Source of the DNA: the human T2T-CHM13v2.0 reference genome, Homo sapiens
Length of the DNA stretch: 64,000 nucleotides
NCBI RefSeq assembly: GCF_009914755.1
Contig: NC_060929.1
Reading direction: 5' to 3' (one strand)
Below are positions 44,074-57,184 of the stretch, in pieces. The notes below the pieces were generated by a model that worked only from the letters and a program-made list of their open reading frames with translations, ran no database searches and had not been told where the DNA came from. The translations under genes and the position numbers were made by a program. Position 1 is the stretch's first letter. The number at the start of each line of letters is the position of its first letter.

Positions 44074-45324
44074 GGCATTGTTTCTTGAATGTTCATGGAG
44101 GATACTAAATTTATGTTAAAAATGAATAAGTTCAGAAAGTCCATGGAAAGAAATGTGTTTCTTTTGCTTTTTTTTTTTAATTTACCATCTACAAAGTAGG
44201 TGATGGGTGTTCAGTCTCTTCTAAAGAGTTGGCAAGTTTACCCCTTAAAAACTACAGACCACAGTGAGGAATCCCCACTTTAACCCTATAGTGGACCTCA
44301 CACTGCAGTATTAAGTAAAATACTTCTTAATGACCATTCCAATAAATATGCCAATGTTTTCAGATGGTCTTTAAAGAAACCCCTGGCCACTCCCAGTGTC
44401 TGTTCTGCACTCCCCATCAGCACCATGCACAGCAGTCCCTTGTTCTTCTGTCAGAGGGAAACTAGTACAATAAGAGCCTTGTTTCTGATAAGAATATCTG
44501 TCACTGACAAAAAAAAGGCAATGTGTTTTTTATTGAGCTGACCCCCCCACACACAAAAAGCAATACACAAAATTCATGAATTATAAGCCATCCTCTGTCT
44601 CAAGCGCACACACACATTTGCATTTTCAAAAGCTCCATTCTGCCTATTTGAAAAAGCTACATTCTGGTTTTTCTGAGCTAGTGAGGAAATAACTGCACCT
44701 AAAGGTACCGCCAGCATTAACTCTCAGGGCACAAGACATATATTTAAATGGCACAGGCTCCTGAGCTTCGTGGGGAAGGATGTTCACAGGGAGAGGTGGC
44801 ACTATCCTTGACTCTCACCACTGTAAAAACAAATGTCAGCTAGGAAGAGTGAAGGCAACATCTGCATTTGTGGAGAAGATCCTGCTTTTTGTGCATTTGT
44901 GACATGGCATGAATACCACCTACATGGAGTTTTGCTGAATTTTGTGACTGTGTATGAATGAAAGAAAATATCCTATTTAGAATAGCTCATTCTCCCTGGA
45001 AATATGTATTAACTTTTCAAACAAAAACAATTCATCAAAGCCACTTCTTCAGATGTGCTTTGTGTGCACCAAGACAATTCCTGTGTTTATATTTGACATG
45101 ATGCAACATCTTATAAGAATTATTTGTTTTAAAAGAACAATGAGGGCAGGCCTGTTCTCCCCTGTGCAAGAGGTGTGTAGTGTGTTCTAAAAGGCTGGAG
45201 GGCGTGCTATGTGTCTTTGTCACACTTAGGATTTGGAAAATGGGAAAGGTGAGGAAAGTGAGGAATCCTACCTGGTGAGCCCTGGCCTAGAATGAAATCT
45301 AAAATCTTCTACACAACTCATTCT

Positions 45325-45626
45325 GGTTTGTTGTTGTTGTTTGTATTGTTTGAGACAGAGTCTCACTCCTGTTGCCCAGGTTGGAATGCAGTGATGCAAC
45401 TTCAGCTCACTGCAGCCTCCACCTCCCAGGCTCAATCAATCTTCCCCGCTCAACCCAAGTAGTTGGGATTACATGCGTGCACCACCATGTCTGGCTAATT
45501 TTGTGTATTTTTTGTAAAAACAGAGTTTTTGCCATGTTGGCCAGCCTGGTCTGTCTGGCTCAAGCAATCCACCTACTTTGGTCTCCTAAAGTGCTGGGAT
45601 TACAGGCATCAGCCACCACACCTGGC
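45325..45626 (-). mobile_element. AluJ
   Basis: Diverged dimer; TSD acaac(t/a)cattct on both sides. Confidence 0.9.
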
Positions 45627-45776
45627 ACAACACATTCTTAACATCGCCCTTTTACCTGTTAAATCTTACAATTCTATATTGTGTAATACAATTATCAATA
45701 AAATGGCATGCCCCACAGTTGTTAATGGCCCACACTGCAAAGTGGGTGTGTACCTGTCCTATTCAGCCACACCATG

Positions 45777-46129
45777 TGATATGGTTTGGCTGTGTCCCCA
45801 CCAAAATCTCATCTTGAATTCTCACATGTTGTGGGAGTGACCCAGTGGGAGGTAACTGAATCATGGGGGCACATTTTTCTGTGTTGTTCTCATTATAGTG
45901 AATAAGTCTGACAAGATCTGATGGTTTTAAAACGGGGAGTTTCCCTGCACAAGGCCTCTCTTTGCCTGCTGCCATCCACGTAGGACGTGACTTGCTCCTC
46001 CTTGCCTTCCGCCATGATTGTGAGGCCTCTCCAGCCACTTGGAACTGTAAATCCATTAAACCTCTCTCTTTTGTAAATTGCCCAGTCTTGGGTATGTCTT
46101 TATCAGCAGTGTGAAAACAGACTAATATA
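45777..46129 (+). mobile_element. THE1A 5' LTR
   Basis: tgatatggtttggctgtgtccccacc..cttgaattc.cacatgttgtggg..tttgcctgctgccatccac...gactaatata. Confidence 0.93.
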
Positions 46130-47712
46130 GTAAATTGACACCAATAGAGTGGGGCATTGCTGAAAAGATACCTGAAAATGTGGAAGCGACTTTGGAACTG
46201 GGTAACAGGCAGAGGTGGGAACAGTTTGGAGGGCTCAGAAGAAGACAGGAAAATGAGGGAAAGTTTGGAACTCCCTAGAGACTTGTTGAATGGCTTTGAC
46301 CAAAATGCTGATAATGATATGGACAATGAAATCCAGGCTGAGGTGATCTCAGATGGAGATGAGGAACTTGTTGGGAACTGGAGCAAAGGTGACTCTTGTT
46401 ATGTTTTAGCAAAGAGAGACTGGCAGAATTTTGCCCCTGCCCTAGAGGTCTGTGGAACTTTGAACTTAAGAGAGATGATTTAGAGTATCTGGCAGAAGAA
46501 ATTTCTAAGCAGCAAAGCATTCAAAATGTGACTTGGGTGCTGTTAAAGGCATTCAGTTTTAAAAGGGAAACAGAGCATAAAAGTTTGGAAAATTTGCAGC
46601 GTGACAATGCAATAGAAAAGAAAATCCCATTTTCTGAGGAGAAATTCAAGCCAGCTACAGAAATCTGCATAAGTAATGAGGAGCAGAATGTTAATCACCA
46701 AGACAACGGGGAAAATGTCTCCAGGGCATGTCAGTGACCTTTGCAGCAGCCCCTCCCATCACAGGCCTGGAGGTTTAGGAGGAAAAAATGGTTTCATGGG
46801 CTGGTCCCAGGGTCCGTCTGCTGTGTGCAACCTAGGGACTTGGTGCCCTGCTTCCCAGCCACTCCAGCATTGCTGAAAGGGGCCAACGTAGAACTCGAAC
46901 CATGGCTTCAGAGGGTGCAAGCCTCAAGCCCTAGCAGCTGCCATGTGGTGTTGAGCCTACAAGTGCACAGAAGTCAAGAATTGGGGTTTGGGAACCTCCG
47001 CCTAGATTTCAGAAGATATATAGAAATGCCTGGATGTCCAGGCAGAAGTTTGCTGCAGGGGCAGGGCCCTCATGGAGAACCTCTGCTAGGACAGTGTGGA
47101 AGAGAAATGTGGGGTCAGAGCCCCCACAGAGAGTTGCTACTGGGACACTGCCTAGTGGAGCTGTGAGAAGAGGGCCACCAACCTCCAGACCCCAGAATGG
47201 TAGATCCACTGACAGCTTGCACTGTGTGCCTGGAAAAGCCACAGACACTCAACACCAGTCCAGCCTGTGAAAGTAGCCAGGAGGGAGGTTATACCCTGCA
47301 AAGCCACATGGCAGAGCTGCCCAATGCCATGGGAGCCCACCTCTTGTATCAGCCTGACCTGGATGTGACACATGGAGTCAAAGAAGATCATTTTGGAGCT
47401 TTAAGATTTGACTGCCCTGCTAGATTTTGGACTTGCATGGGCCTGAGCCCCTTTGTTTTGGCCAATTTCTCCCATTTGGAATGGTTGTGTTTACCCAATG
47501 CCTGTACCCGCCCTGTATCTAGAAAGTAACTAACTTGCTTTTGATTTTATAGGCTCATAGGTGAAAGGGACTTGCCTTGTCTTGGATGAGACTTTAGACT
47601 GTGGACTTTTGAGTTAATGCTAAAATGTGTTAAGACTTTAGGGGACTGTTGGTAAGGCATCATTGGTTTTGAAATGTGAGGACATGAGATTTGGGAGGGG
47701 TAAGGGGTGGAA
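46130..47712 (+). mobile_element. THE1 internal region with frameshifted MaLR ORF remnant
   Basis: Begins gtaaattg..tagagtgggg; ORF pieces LEGSEEDRKMRESLELPRDLLNGFDQNAD.. and DLEYLAEEISKQQSIQ in different frames; purine tract ggagggg..ggggtggaa before 3' LTR. Confidence 0.93.
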
Positions 47713-48055
47713 TGATATGGTTTGGCTGTGTCCCCACCCAAATCTCATCTTGAATTCCCACATGTTGTCAGAAGGACCCCATGCTGTTCTTCTCATGCTG
47801 GTCTTTCCTGTGCTGTTCCTATGACAGTAAATAAATCCCACAAGATCTGATGGTTTTAAAAAGGGGAATTTCCCTGCATGAACTCTCTTTGCCTACTGCT
47901 ATCCATGTAAGATGTGACTTGCTCCTCCTTGCCTTCTGCCGTGATTGTGAGGCCTCCCCAGGCACATGGAACTGTAAGTCCATTAAATCTCTTTCTTTTG
48001 TAAATTGCCCAGTCTCTGGTATGTCTTTATCAGCACGTGAAAATGGGCTAATACG
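47713..48055 (+). mobile_element. THE1A 3' LTR
   Basis: Direct repeat of 45777-46129 with a replaced segment at ~47781-47799. Confidence 0.93.
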
Positions 48056-48714
48056 CTGTGGCTGCTGATAGCTTTCCCAGCTATAATGGTGAATTTATGG
48101 GAAAACCATAAGGGAAGCTCAAGCCCAGGCCCCTCTCCAGTTCATCTTTCTTTGTTCCTTAATGAGGGTTACATTCCAATAGCAATATAAACTTCTCCCC
48201 TTCAAGTTCTGATCACTCCATTCGTGTTATTTAGGAGGAAAACTTTAAGTCTCCTGAACCATTACTCTGCAGAAGTTTTGGTCTGAAATATACCAATTCT
48301 GGTCAACATTTGCCTAAGCAGTGTCCATTCCCCCACTGAGTTGTCAGCAATAAGCAGAGAGATCTACTGAGGTACCAACATAGGGCCTTGGCTTACAGTA
48401 GGTGCTCAAATAATAGTTATGGAAATGAAGGACATCAGTTGTCCTCTAATGAGAACAATATCATCTTCTTTGCCTCTGACAAGCACTTATTGGAAAAAGA
48501 GTCCCTACAGGGCTGGGTTTGCCCAGAATGTCAAAAAGAATGGCGGTTGAACATTCTGAAAACAGCTTGCTCTGTTAAGAATATGACATTCATAGAAATG
48601 GATGCATCTGTACATGGTTGTAAAACTGGGGACCATCTTGGTGTTCTTTATCATTGAGATGTGTGAAGGAATCTCATCCTTAAAAACAACAGAACACAAA
48701 AAATATGGACGAGT

Positions 48715-48880
48715 TTAGCAAAGGGATTAAGGGCATGGGCTGGATTTGAATTAATTGCTGTCGGACCTGAGGACAAGTTCCTGAACCTTGATAAATCTCA
48801 GGTTCATCTACAAAATGCAAATAATAGAATTACTTCATGAGGTTGTTGGCAGGATTAAGTGAGATCACATGCTAACAAAT
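48715..48880 (+). mobile_element. MIR fragment
   Basis: caagttcctgaacc..catctacaaaatg..ataatag..ggttgttggcaggattaagtgagat. Confidence 0.6.
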
Positions 48881-51584
48881 AATAAATGTAACCTATTAAT
48901 CACAGTGATCTTGATGGAATAAAATAATCCAAGGGACAAGACAAAAATTATCTCAGAAAAGAACTGATTCAGGTTGGAAGGAATGAGGGCCTCAACCAAT
49001 ATCAGCTTTCACCCACAGTTTCTCCTCCTGCCAAGAGAGGGGTTCTTTACTTGGGATCTACAGAGCCTTCTGGCTCCCTAAAACTGGACACAAACTTTTG
49101 TGCATATGTACATTCTTTTAAGAAAGGAGTCCGTAGTTTTCATAAGATTCTCAAAGGAGTCTGGCACACCCCAAAATTAGAAATCCCAGCCCTGGGCTAT
49201 ATCAGACTCTTAACACAAGTCTTGTTTTCTCATCTAAATGTACACAAAGCTCCCTTTCTTCTCCCTCTTTTGGTTCAGCTGACATATGGTGGGCTTTTCA
49301 AAAGAATTTTGCTAAGATTCTAAGGAGAAATTAGAAAGGGAAATAAAGCACACACAAAAGCTAGGTGAACATCAAAGTACAGCACACACTAGTGATTCTA
49401 AGATTCTGCAACAGCATAGCTACACATTGGCTGGGCCTGCTACAGGTGCATAAGCCTAGACTTTTTTCCCTCTCTTTTGTCCCTTAGAAGACTTGCTGCT
49501 TTCTTTTATTTAAAAGATGAATTAATTTAGAGACTGTCCTATCTTCTTAGACTTCTTAATATACATTCAGACCATTGCTTGTCTCTTAAAATAACCCCAA
49601 ATGAGAGTTTACTAAAAACCAAGAGAGGCTGAAAATTATTCAATCTCTTTGTGAGTAGGTGATTGGAAAGTGATACAGAGGTGATCAGAAAGAAAGAGAA
49701 ATTGGGGAGATTCAGAAAAAAGAGAGAAAAATATCAAGGTTTAGCCTTATATTATCAATAAAAGGGTTTGTTTTGATAAGGAAGCATGCCGTTACCAGTC
49801 ATTAAGGACCTTAATGTTAATAAGTTTCAGAGGCTTCACTGAATAATAGATTCTTTTCCTGGTACGGAGAAGTCAGAACTAGGTAAGGGATACAGATTCC
49901 TGTAGGGAAGTGTTAGATCCCTGAATATGCTCTCCTCCGCTTCCCTTATCCTTAAGTTTGAATAGGTGAGGGCCTTCTAGAAAGGGGAGGCAGGGAGGGA
50001 AACATGAAGAATAAGGAAGTTTCTGAAAATCATTCACATCTTTTTCACAATCACTTACTGAGCTTTTTTAATTGGGTGCTAGGCTCTGCATGAGGCCCTA
50101 CAATGTAAGAAAGTGAGTAAAACCAAGGTCATGTCTTCAAGAAGTTCTTAATCCAGGAGAAGATATAAGTGATAAGCAAATATCATTCAAAATGATAAGC
50201 ATATTATCATTTGTGATGAGAAGTCCAAAGAAAAATAAGGTTGGAGAAAACACACCTCATGTTAAAAACTAGATTGCCCTGCTTTAAAATTATCTTTGGG
50301 ATCTGCCCTTTCCTGTCTACAACGACCCCATGTTCTTCCTAGATCCATAAGCCAAAGCTGACATGAAATGATGTCCTGGAATCAAAGCATTTTATGGTAA
50401 AGTACAGAGATGAGGTGGTCTGAGCATTTTGAGTACCTCTTTTCTACTTCCAAGGAAATGAGGAAGAAGAAAAGGGAAGTTGTTCTTTTTCCCCATAGAC
50501 TTTTCCCCAATAGAATGAAAGTTCTCCCTTGGAACTGTAATTTTTCCCTTTGCTTCTAGAATGCCATGTTCTGCAAAACTGAGTTTTACCAGTAACTACT
50601 TTGCCAGAATGTAAAGAAATCTCAGGCTGTGAGCTCCGTAAAAGTAGGCAAAGTATGGTCACACGGTCTGGTGCCTTAAACTACCTTGGCACCAATCAAC
50701 TCAATAAACAATCTTGAACCAGATGTTACTTCTGTTTCCTAGTCCTACTTCTGCCACCAAGGAAGCCAAACACTTGTTGTGTGGACCCCAGTTCAATTCT
50801 AAACCAAAACCATTCTCTCCACTGTCAGAGGAACCTTTCAGTGCGTCACTGAAAGATGGAAATCTTGCAGGAGGCAACAGGTGTGGGGAGGGGGAAAGGG
50901 AACAAGACAGACCAGCCCTGGGGGCCACCAGAGGGATAAAGGAGTGAGCAGAGGCAACAGCACTTATATTGGCAGGAGGCCTGGCCTCTTATGTCTGAAC
51001 TTCTTGGAACTCTCACCAAACCACGGCCCACCATGCCCAGCTTGTCTCTCTCCACTAGGCTCCAGGCCCACCTTTCAGACCAGGCCTGCCCAGGTGGAAT
51101 CACCAGCCTGGACCACGTTAGTCAGCATCTTAGTTGGTAGACAGATGTTTCCTCACTGCTGCAGCAGCAGAAGAGCCGTTGCTGGTCCAAAGTTAGGAAC
51201 TGGAACCAAAGCTGAGCCCTCCAGCTAACATACACACACACACTCCTGCCCCTCTCTCTATACTCCTTATCTCTGGTATGGATCCATTGTTCTTTTAGCT
51301 CTCCATACCTGACAGCAAGGGCTCACATTTCACCCTTCCTCATGAATAGTCCATCTACTGAGTAGTCCAGCTCCTGGAAACTCAAGCCATCATCCCTTCT
51401 TGCCTAGATTACTGCATCTTCTCTAGGTACCCTCTCCCTCCTTTGAATCTTGTCCTCTCTCCCACCCTTTTCCAAATAGTTCACCATGGAGCTGCCACAA
51501 AAATAATATTAATCTGTTCATGCTTAAAATCATTCAGAGGCTTTCCAATGCCTAGGGAATAAAGTTGGGATGCTTCTGATGTCA

Positions 51585-51931
<347 letters not shown>

Positions 51932-52409
51932 TCAACGACCTCCTCCTACCACTATGCATGTGCTGTGCTCCACCCATGCTGAACTTCTTGCTGTCTCCCA
52001 AAATGAAATAGTTTCACCATTTAAAAACAAAATGAAATTTACTGAAATGATTTGAGGGTTGAAGTTTGGGAAAAGGCAGGAACAGTGGACACTTGGGAGG
52101 AAAGTATAGCAAGAATGTTCTAATAGGAACAGTCCAGCAGGCCTGCCACCTTGCAATGAATTTCCTCCCAGGCTTCGGTCCAGCCTTGGATCAGGACCAA
52201 AGTTTCAGCAAAAAGCATCTGAGCGGTACACCGCAGCTTCGTATCATGGTTGTACCGAGGTCAGCTAAAGGAGAATGTGATTCATTCAACTCCCTAGTAG
52301 AAGGAAGCGACCCCTACATTACCTCCTGCCAATAATACAACTATGGAGGACAGGTACAGGAAGAGGTAATTCTCCAAAGGAAGTCGGTGCAATATAAGGA
52401 AGGGGGTAA

Positions 52410-52725
52410 ACTGGGAAGGGTTGGAGGTGGGAGGATGAAGAGAGGTTGGTTCGTGGGTACAAGCATATAGTTATACAGAAGGAAAAAATTCTAATGTTCC
52501 ATAGCAGAGTAACATAACTATAGTTAGCAACAATGTATTGTATTATCTTAAAATAGCTATACGAGAGGTCTTGAAATGTCCCCAACACATAGGTATGATA
52601 AATGCTCAAGGTGATAGAAAGCCCAGATTTGATCATTACACTCTCTATGCATTTAACAAAATATCACATGTACCCCATAAATATGTGCAAATATTGTATA
52701 TTAATAATAAAAATTTAAAAAATAA
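52410..52725 (+). mobile_element. L1MA 3' end
   Basis: gaagagaggttggtt..gggtacaa..aaaatagcta..gatttgatcattacac..aaatatcacatgtaccccataaatatg plus A-rich tail. Confidence 0.85.
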
Positions 52726-54568
52726 AATCATCATGTTAACATAAAAAAGGAAGACGGTGCAGATGCTGGTCATCTGAAAAGTAATAATCATGTATGTCAT
52801 GACCCTATTTTTCTCCATACTTGAAATACTGCAACTCCCCTTACTCTTACCTGCCACCACCACCCCATTTTGCCTGATGCATGGTTATTTTTCCACGAAA
52901 GGTTAGCTCTGACATTACCTCCTCTAGGAAGTCTTCTCTGACCTTCATAGACTGTGTTAGGGAACCCCTCACCTGCCTATCTTTATCCTGTCTCTTACCA
53001 TATGAATTAAAATTGTTTCTTTGTCCATTTCCACAATTATGTGTTAATATGGCCCCTTGTAACAAGGGGTCCTAACCACCAAGTGTAACGCTGGGAAAAA
53101 AATGTAGATGAACTTCAAATAACTCACTTAAAAATAGTGACCTGCCAAAAATGATTTTTTGGACTGCTTTACCAAACCATTTTTAATAATGGAAATTGAT
53201 GTTTCTCTGGAAACCCCTTATATATTCTTGCATAATTCATGTGTCTTTATGCTGTTTCATGATTTGCATACTGCATTGCTAAGGGGATTCTAAACCCAAA
53301 TTCCCCTGTATCCCAGTCTCACCTCTAGTTCCTCACTGATGTAATTCAGCACCATGTCATAACTGTTCTCCCAGAGCTGAAGCAAGTAAGTTCACTGAAA
53401 TCTTGGTTGGTATTCTTAATCTGTAGGAATTTTCTATTGTTTGTCTTTTTATTGGCAAAGGATCTTAGTTTAATCTGTGGAAGATATAAACATATTAAAA
53501 TATTTCTACAGCCATGTTGTGTGCTTTTGAGAATGACTCACTCATTTTTAAACCATGTTCCTTCCTAAATCACTCTGGCTTTTCTCCAGATCGATTTCTT
53601 TAGAGAATATTGCAAATTTATTACAAAAGGGGTTGCTAAGTGAATCATTAATGAGCTTAATAAAGTCGTTTAAGAGAGAATTAATCTATGTTGAGTGGGC
53701 TTTGTCAGACACAGAGCCATTTTTAGGAGAATAATGCTTGATAGATGGGAAACAAAGGACAATATCAACATAGCAGTAGCGGTAATGGTAGATGTCTCAA
53801 AGATGGCATCATAGGAACTGCTGCTATTTTCATCCCCAGAGCCTGCCTCTGCAGATCAAAATGACATTGTAAGCTCATGCTTTGAAGTCGCTACCTGCAC
53901 TCCAAACACTTAGCAATTATAAATAAAATATTTTAAGAACGAATTTAAAAGAAAGTTTTAAAAAAAGTAAACCACATGCCCATACATACATAAAGAAAAA
54001 TAAATATCTATGTGCTAGAAACAGACCAGAAATATAACACAGTAGTTACTAAAGCTGTGAGCTTGTGGGCTCTGGAGACACACACAGATAGGCAAGATAA
54101 CTCCTCTGCAGTATTGGGAGTAAAAGGGCCCTAGGTGGTTGGTGCCTGGGTCCAGGCTTATTGCTTGAACCTAAATGCGGTGAGGAACTTCTGCCCTAAA
54201 AAAAGGTGCAGCTGTTACCTAAGGTTAGGGCTTATATAAATGTGCATCTAGAAAAGTAGGAACAAGCAGGTATGACCAAGACTTGGGCCAACCTGCCTCC
54301 TGATTCAGTGACTAAATCTGTAATATCTGAATATCATCGTAAGATAAAAGTTCAGGGCCACCAACATAAAACCAAGTTGTGGACTGGGGCCCTGTGACCA
54401 AGCAGGGAGGGAAAGGTATAGCAAGAAGAGAGAAAGTGTGTGTGATGCCACTTGAAATGTACATCACACAAGTTAAAATTCTAAAACAATTAAAGAAAAC
54501 TAACATTAAGAAAGGGAGCCAAGAAAATCAATATTTGGGATACATTCATTCCAGAAGAAATGGAAATA

Positions 54569-56915
54569 CAGGCATACCTCGTTTTATTACATTGCTCTTT
54601 GCAGACACTTTGTTTTTCACAAATTGAAGGTTTGTGGCAATCCTGCTTCAAGCAAGTCTATCATGCCAGTTTTCCAAAAGCATGTGCTAACTTTATGTCT
54701 CTGTCATAGTTTGAAAATTCTCACAATATTTCGAACTTTTCATTGTTATTAATCTGTTATGATGATCTGTGATCAGCAATCTTTGATATTACTATTGTAA
54801 TTATTTTCAAGTGCCACAAGTCACACACACATACGACAATGAATTTAGTTGGTAAATGTTGTATACGTTCTGACTGCTCCACCAACCGGCCATTTTCCCA
54901 TCTCTCTCCTCCTCAGGCCTCCCTACTCCTTGACACAGAACAATATTGAAATTAGGCCAATTAATAACTCTATAAAGGCCTCTAAGTGTTCAAGTAAAAG
55001 GAAAAGTCCCGCAACTCTCATGTTAAATCAAAAGCCATAAATGATTAAGCTTAGTGAGGAAGGCATGTTGAAAGTTGAAACAGACTGAAAGCTAGGCCAA
55101 ATGATTAGTCAAATTGTGAATACAAAGGAAAAGTTATTGAAGGAAATTAGAAGTGCTACTCCAGTAAACACACAAATGATAAGAAAGCAAAACAGCCTTA
55201 TTGCTAATATAGAAAAAGTTTGAGTGTCTGGATAGAAAATCATACCAGCCACAATATTCACTTAAGCCATTCTATGAAGGCTGAGAAGTGAGGAACTGCA
55301 CAAGAAAACTTTGAAACCAACAGAGGTTGGTTCATGAGGTTTAAGAAAAGAAGCCATCTCCGTAATATAAAAGTGTAAGGTGACGCAGCAAGTGCTGATA
55401 TAAAAGCTGCAGCAAGTTACCCAGAAGATCTAGCTAAGATCATTGATGAAGGTGGCTACACTGAACAACAGATTTTCAGTGGAGATGAAACAGCCTTCTA
55501 TTGGAAGAAGATGCTATCTAGGACTTTCCTAGCTGGAGAGGAGAAGTCAATGCCTGGCTTCAAAGCTTCAGAGGACAAGCTGACTTCCTTGTTAGGCACT
55601 AACGCAGATGGTGTCTTTAAGTTGAAACCAATGCTCATCTGCCATTTGAAAATCCTAGACCCCTTATGAATTATGATGAATGTACTCTGCCTGTGCTCTG
55701 TAAGTGAAACAACAAAGCCTGGGAAACAGCACATCTGTTTATAGTATGGTTTACTGAATATTTTAAGCCCACAGTTGAGACCTGCTTCTCAGAAAAAAAA
55801 AAAAAAAAGATTTCTTTCAAAATATTAGGGCTTATTGTCAGTGTACTTAGTCATCTAAGAGCTCCGATCAAGATGAACAAGGATATTAATGTTTTCATGC
55901 CTGCTAACACAATATCTATTCTGCAACCCATGAATTAAGAAGTAATTTCAACTTTCAAGTCTTACCATTTAAGAAACACATTTTATGAAGCTATAGCTGT
56001 CATAGATAGTGATTCCTCTCATAGATGTGAGCAAAGTAAATTGAAAATCTTCTAAAAAAGATTCACTATTCCAGATACCAGTAAGAACATTTGTGATTCA
56101 TGGGAGGAGGTCAAAATATCAACATTAACAAGATATTGGAATAAGTTGATTCCAACCCTCATGGATGACTTTGAGGGGTTCAGGACTTCAGTGGAGGAAG
56201 TAACTGCAGATGTGGTGGAAATAGCAAAACAACTAGAATTAGAAGTGGAGCCTGAAGATGTGACTGAATTGCTACAATCTCATGATCAAACATGAAAGAA
56301 TGAGGAGTTGCTTCTTCTTACAGATGATCAAATAAGTAGTTTCTTGAGATGGAATCTGCTAGACCTGGTGAAGATGCTGTGAACATTGTTGAAATGACAG
56401 CAAAGGATTTAGAGTATTACATAAACTTAGTTGATAAAGCAGTGGGAAAGTTAGAGAATTGACTCCAAGTTTGCAAGAAATTCTACTGTGAGTAAAATGC
56501 TATCAAATAGCATCATATGCTACAGAATAATCTTCTGTGAAAGAGTCAATTGATGCTGCAAATTTCATTGTTGTCTTACTTTAAGAAATGGCCACAGACC
56601 TCCCAATCTTCAGCAACCAACACCCTAATCAGTCGGCCACCATCAACATCAAAGCAAGACCCTCCACCAGCAAAAAGATTACAACTTGCTGAAGGCTCAG
56701 ATGATTGTTAGCATTTTTAGCAATTAAGTATTTTTTCATTAAGAGACGTACATTTTTAGACATAATGCTGTTGCATACTTAGACTATAGAATAGTATAAA
56801 CATGACTTCTATATGCACTGGGAAACCAAAAAATTTGTGCGACTCACTTTATTGTGACATTTGCTTTATTGCATTGTACTGAAAATGAACCCACAGTGTC
56901 TCTGAGATATGCCTG
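54569..56915 (+). mobile_element. Tigger1, near full length, decayed transposase
   Basis: TA|caggcatacctc ... gagatatgcctg|TA TIRs; internal gcagcaagttacccagaagatctagctaagatcattgatgaaggtggctac and gatgaaacagccttctattggaagaagatg. Confidence 0.95.
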
Positions 56916-56952
56916 TAATAGAATCTGAAAGTGAATTTACTATAGGGATTGT

Positions 56953-57173
56953 AGCCTGGGCAACGTGGCAAAACCCCATCTCTACTAAAAATACAAAAAA
57001 ATTAGCCAGGTGTGGTGACATGCACCTGTAGTCCCAGCTACTCAACAGGGTGAGGTGGGAGAATCACCTGAGCCAGGGAAGTTGAGGCTGCAGTGAGCCA
57101 AGATTGCATCACTGCACACTGACCTGGGCAACTGGAATAAGACCCTGTCTCAGAAAAATAAAAATAAAATAAA
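56953..57173 (+). mobile_element. 5'-truncated AluJ
   Basis: Starts mid left arm (agcctgggcaac); TSD atagggattgt on both sides. Confidence 0.9.
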
Positions 57174-57184
57174 ATAGGGATTGT

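Noticed and set aside
45763-47529. Longest ORFs in the track (207, 141, 113, 108 aa)
   Set aside because: All lie in THE1-int; sense pieces are frameshifted MaLR ORF remnants and the 207-aa ORF is antisense
50924-50938. CTCF-like GCCACCAGAGGGATA
   Set aside because: 3' half lacks the key GGC-R-C positions; too weak without ChIP data
54980-56340. Tigger1 transposase as a domesticated gene
   Set aside because: Multiple stops and frameshifts; no substantial + strand ORF in the track
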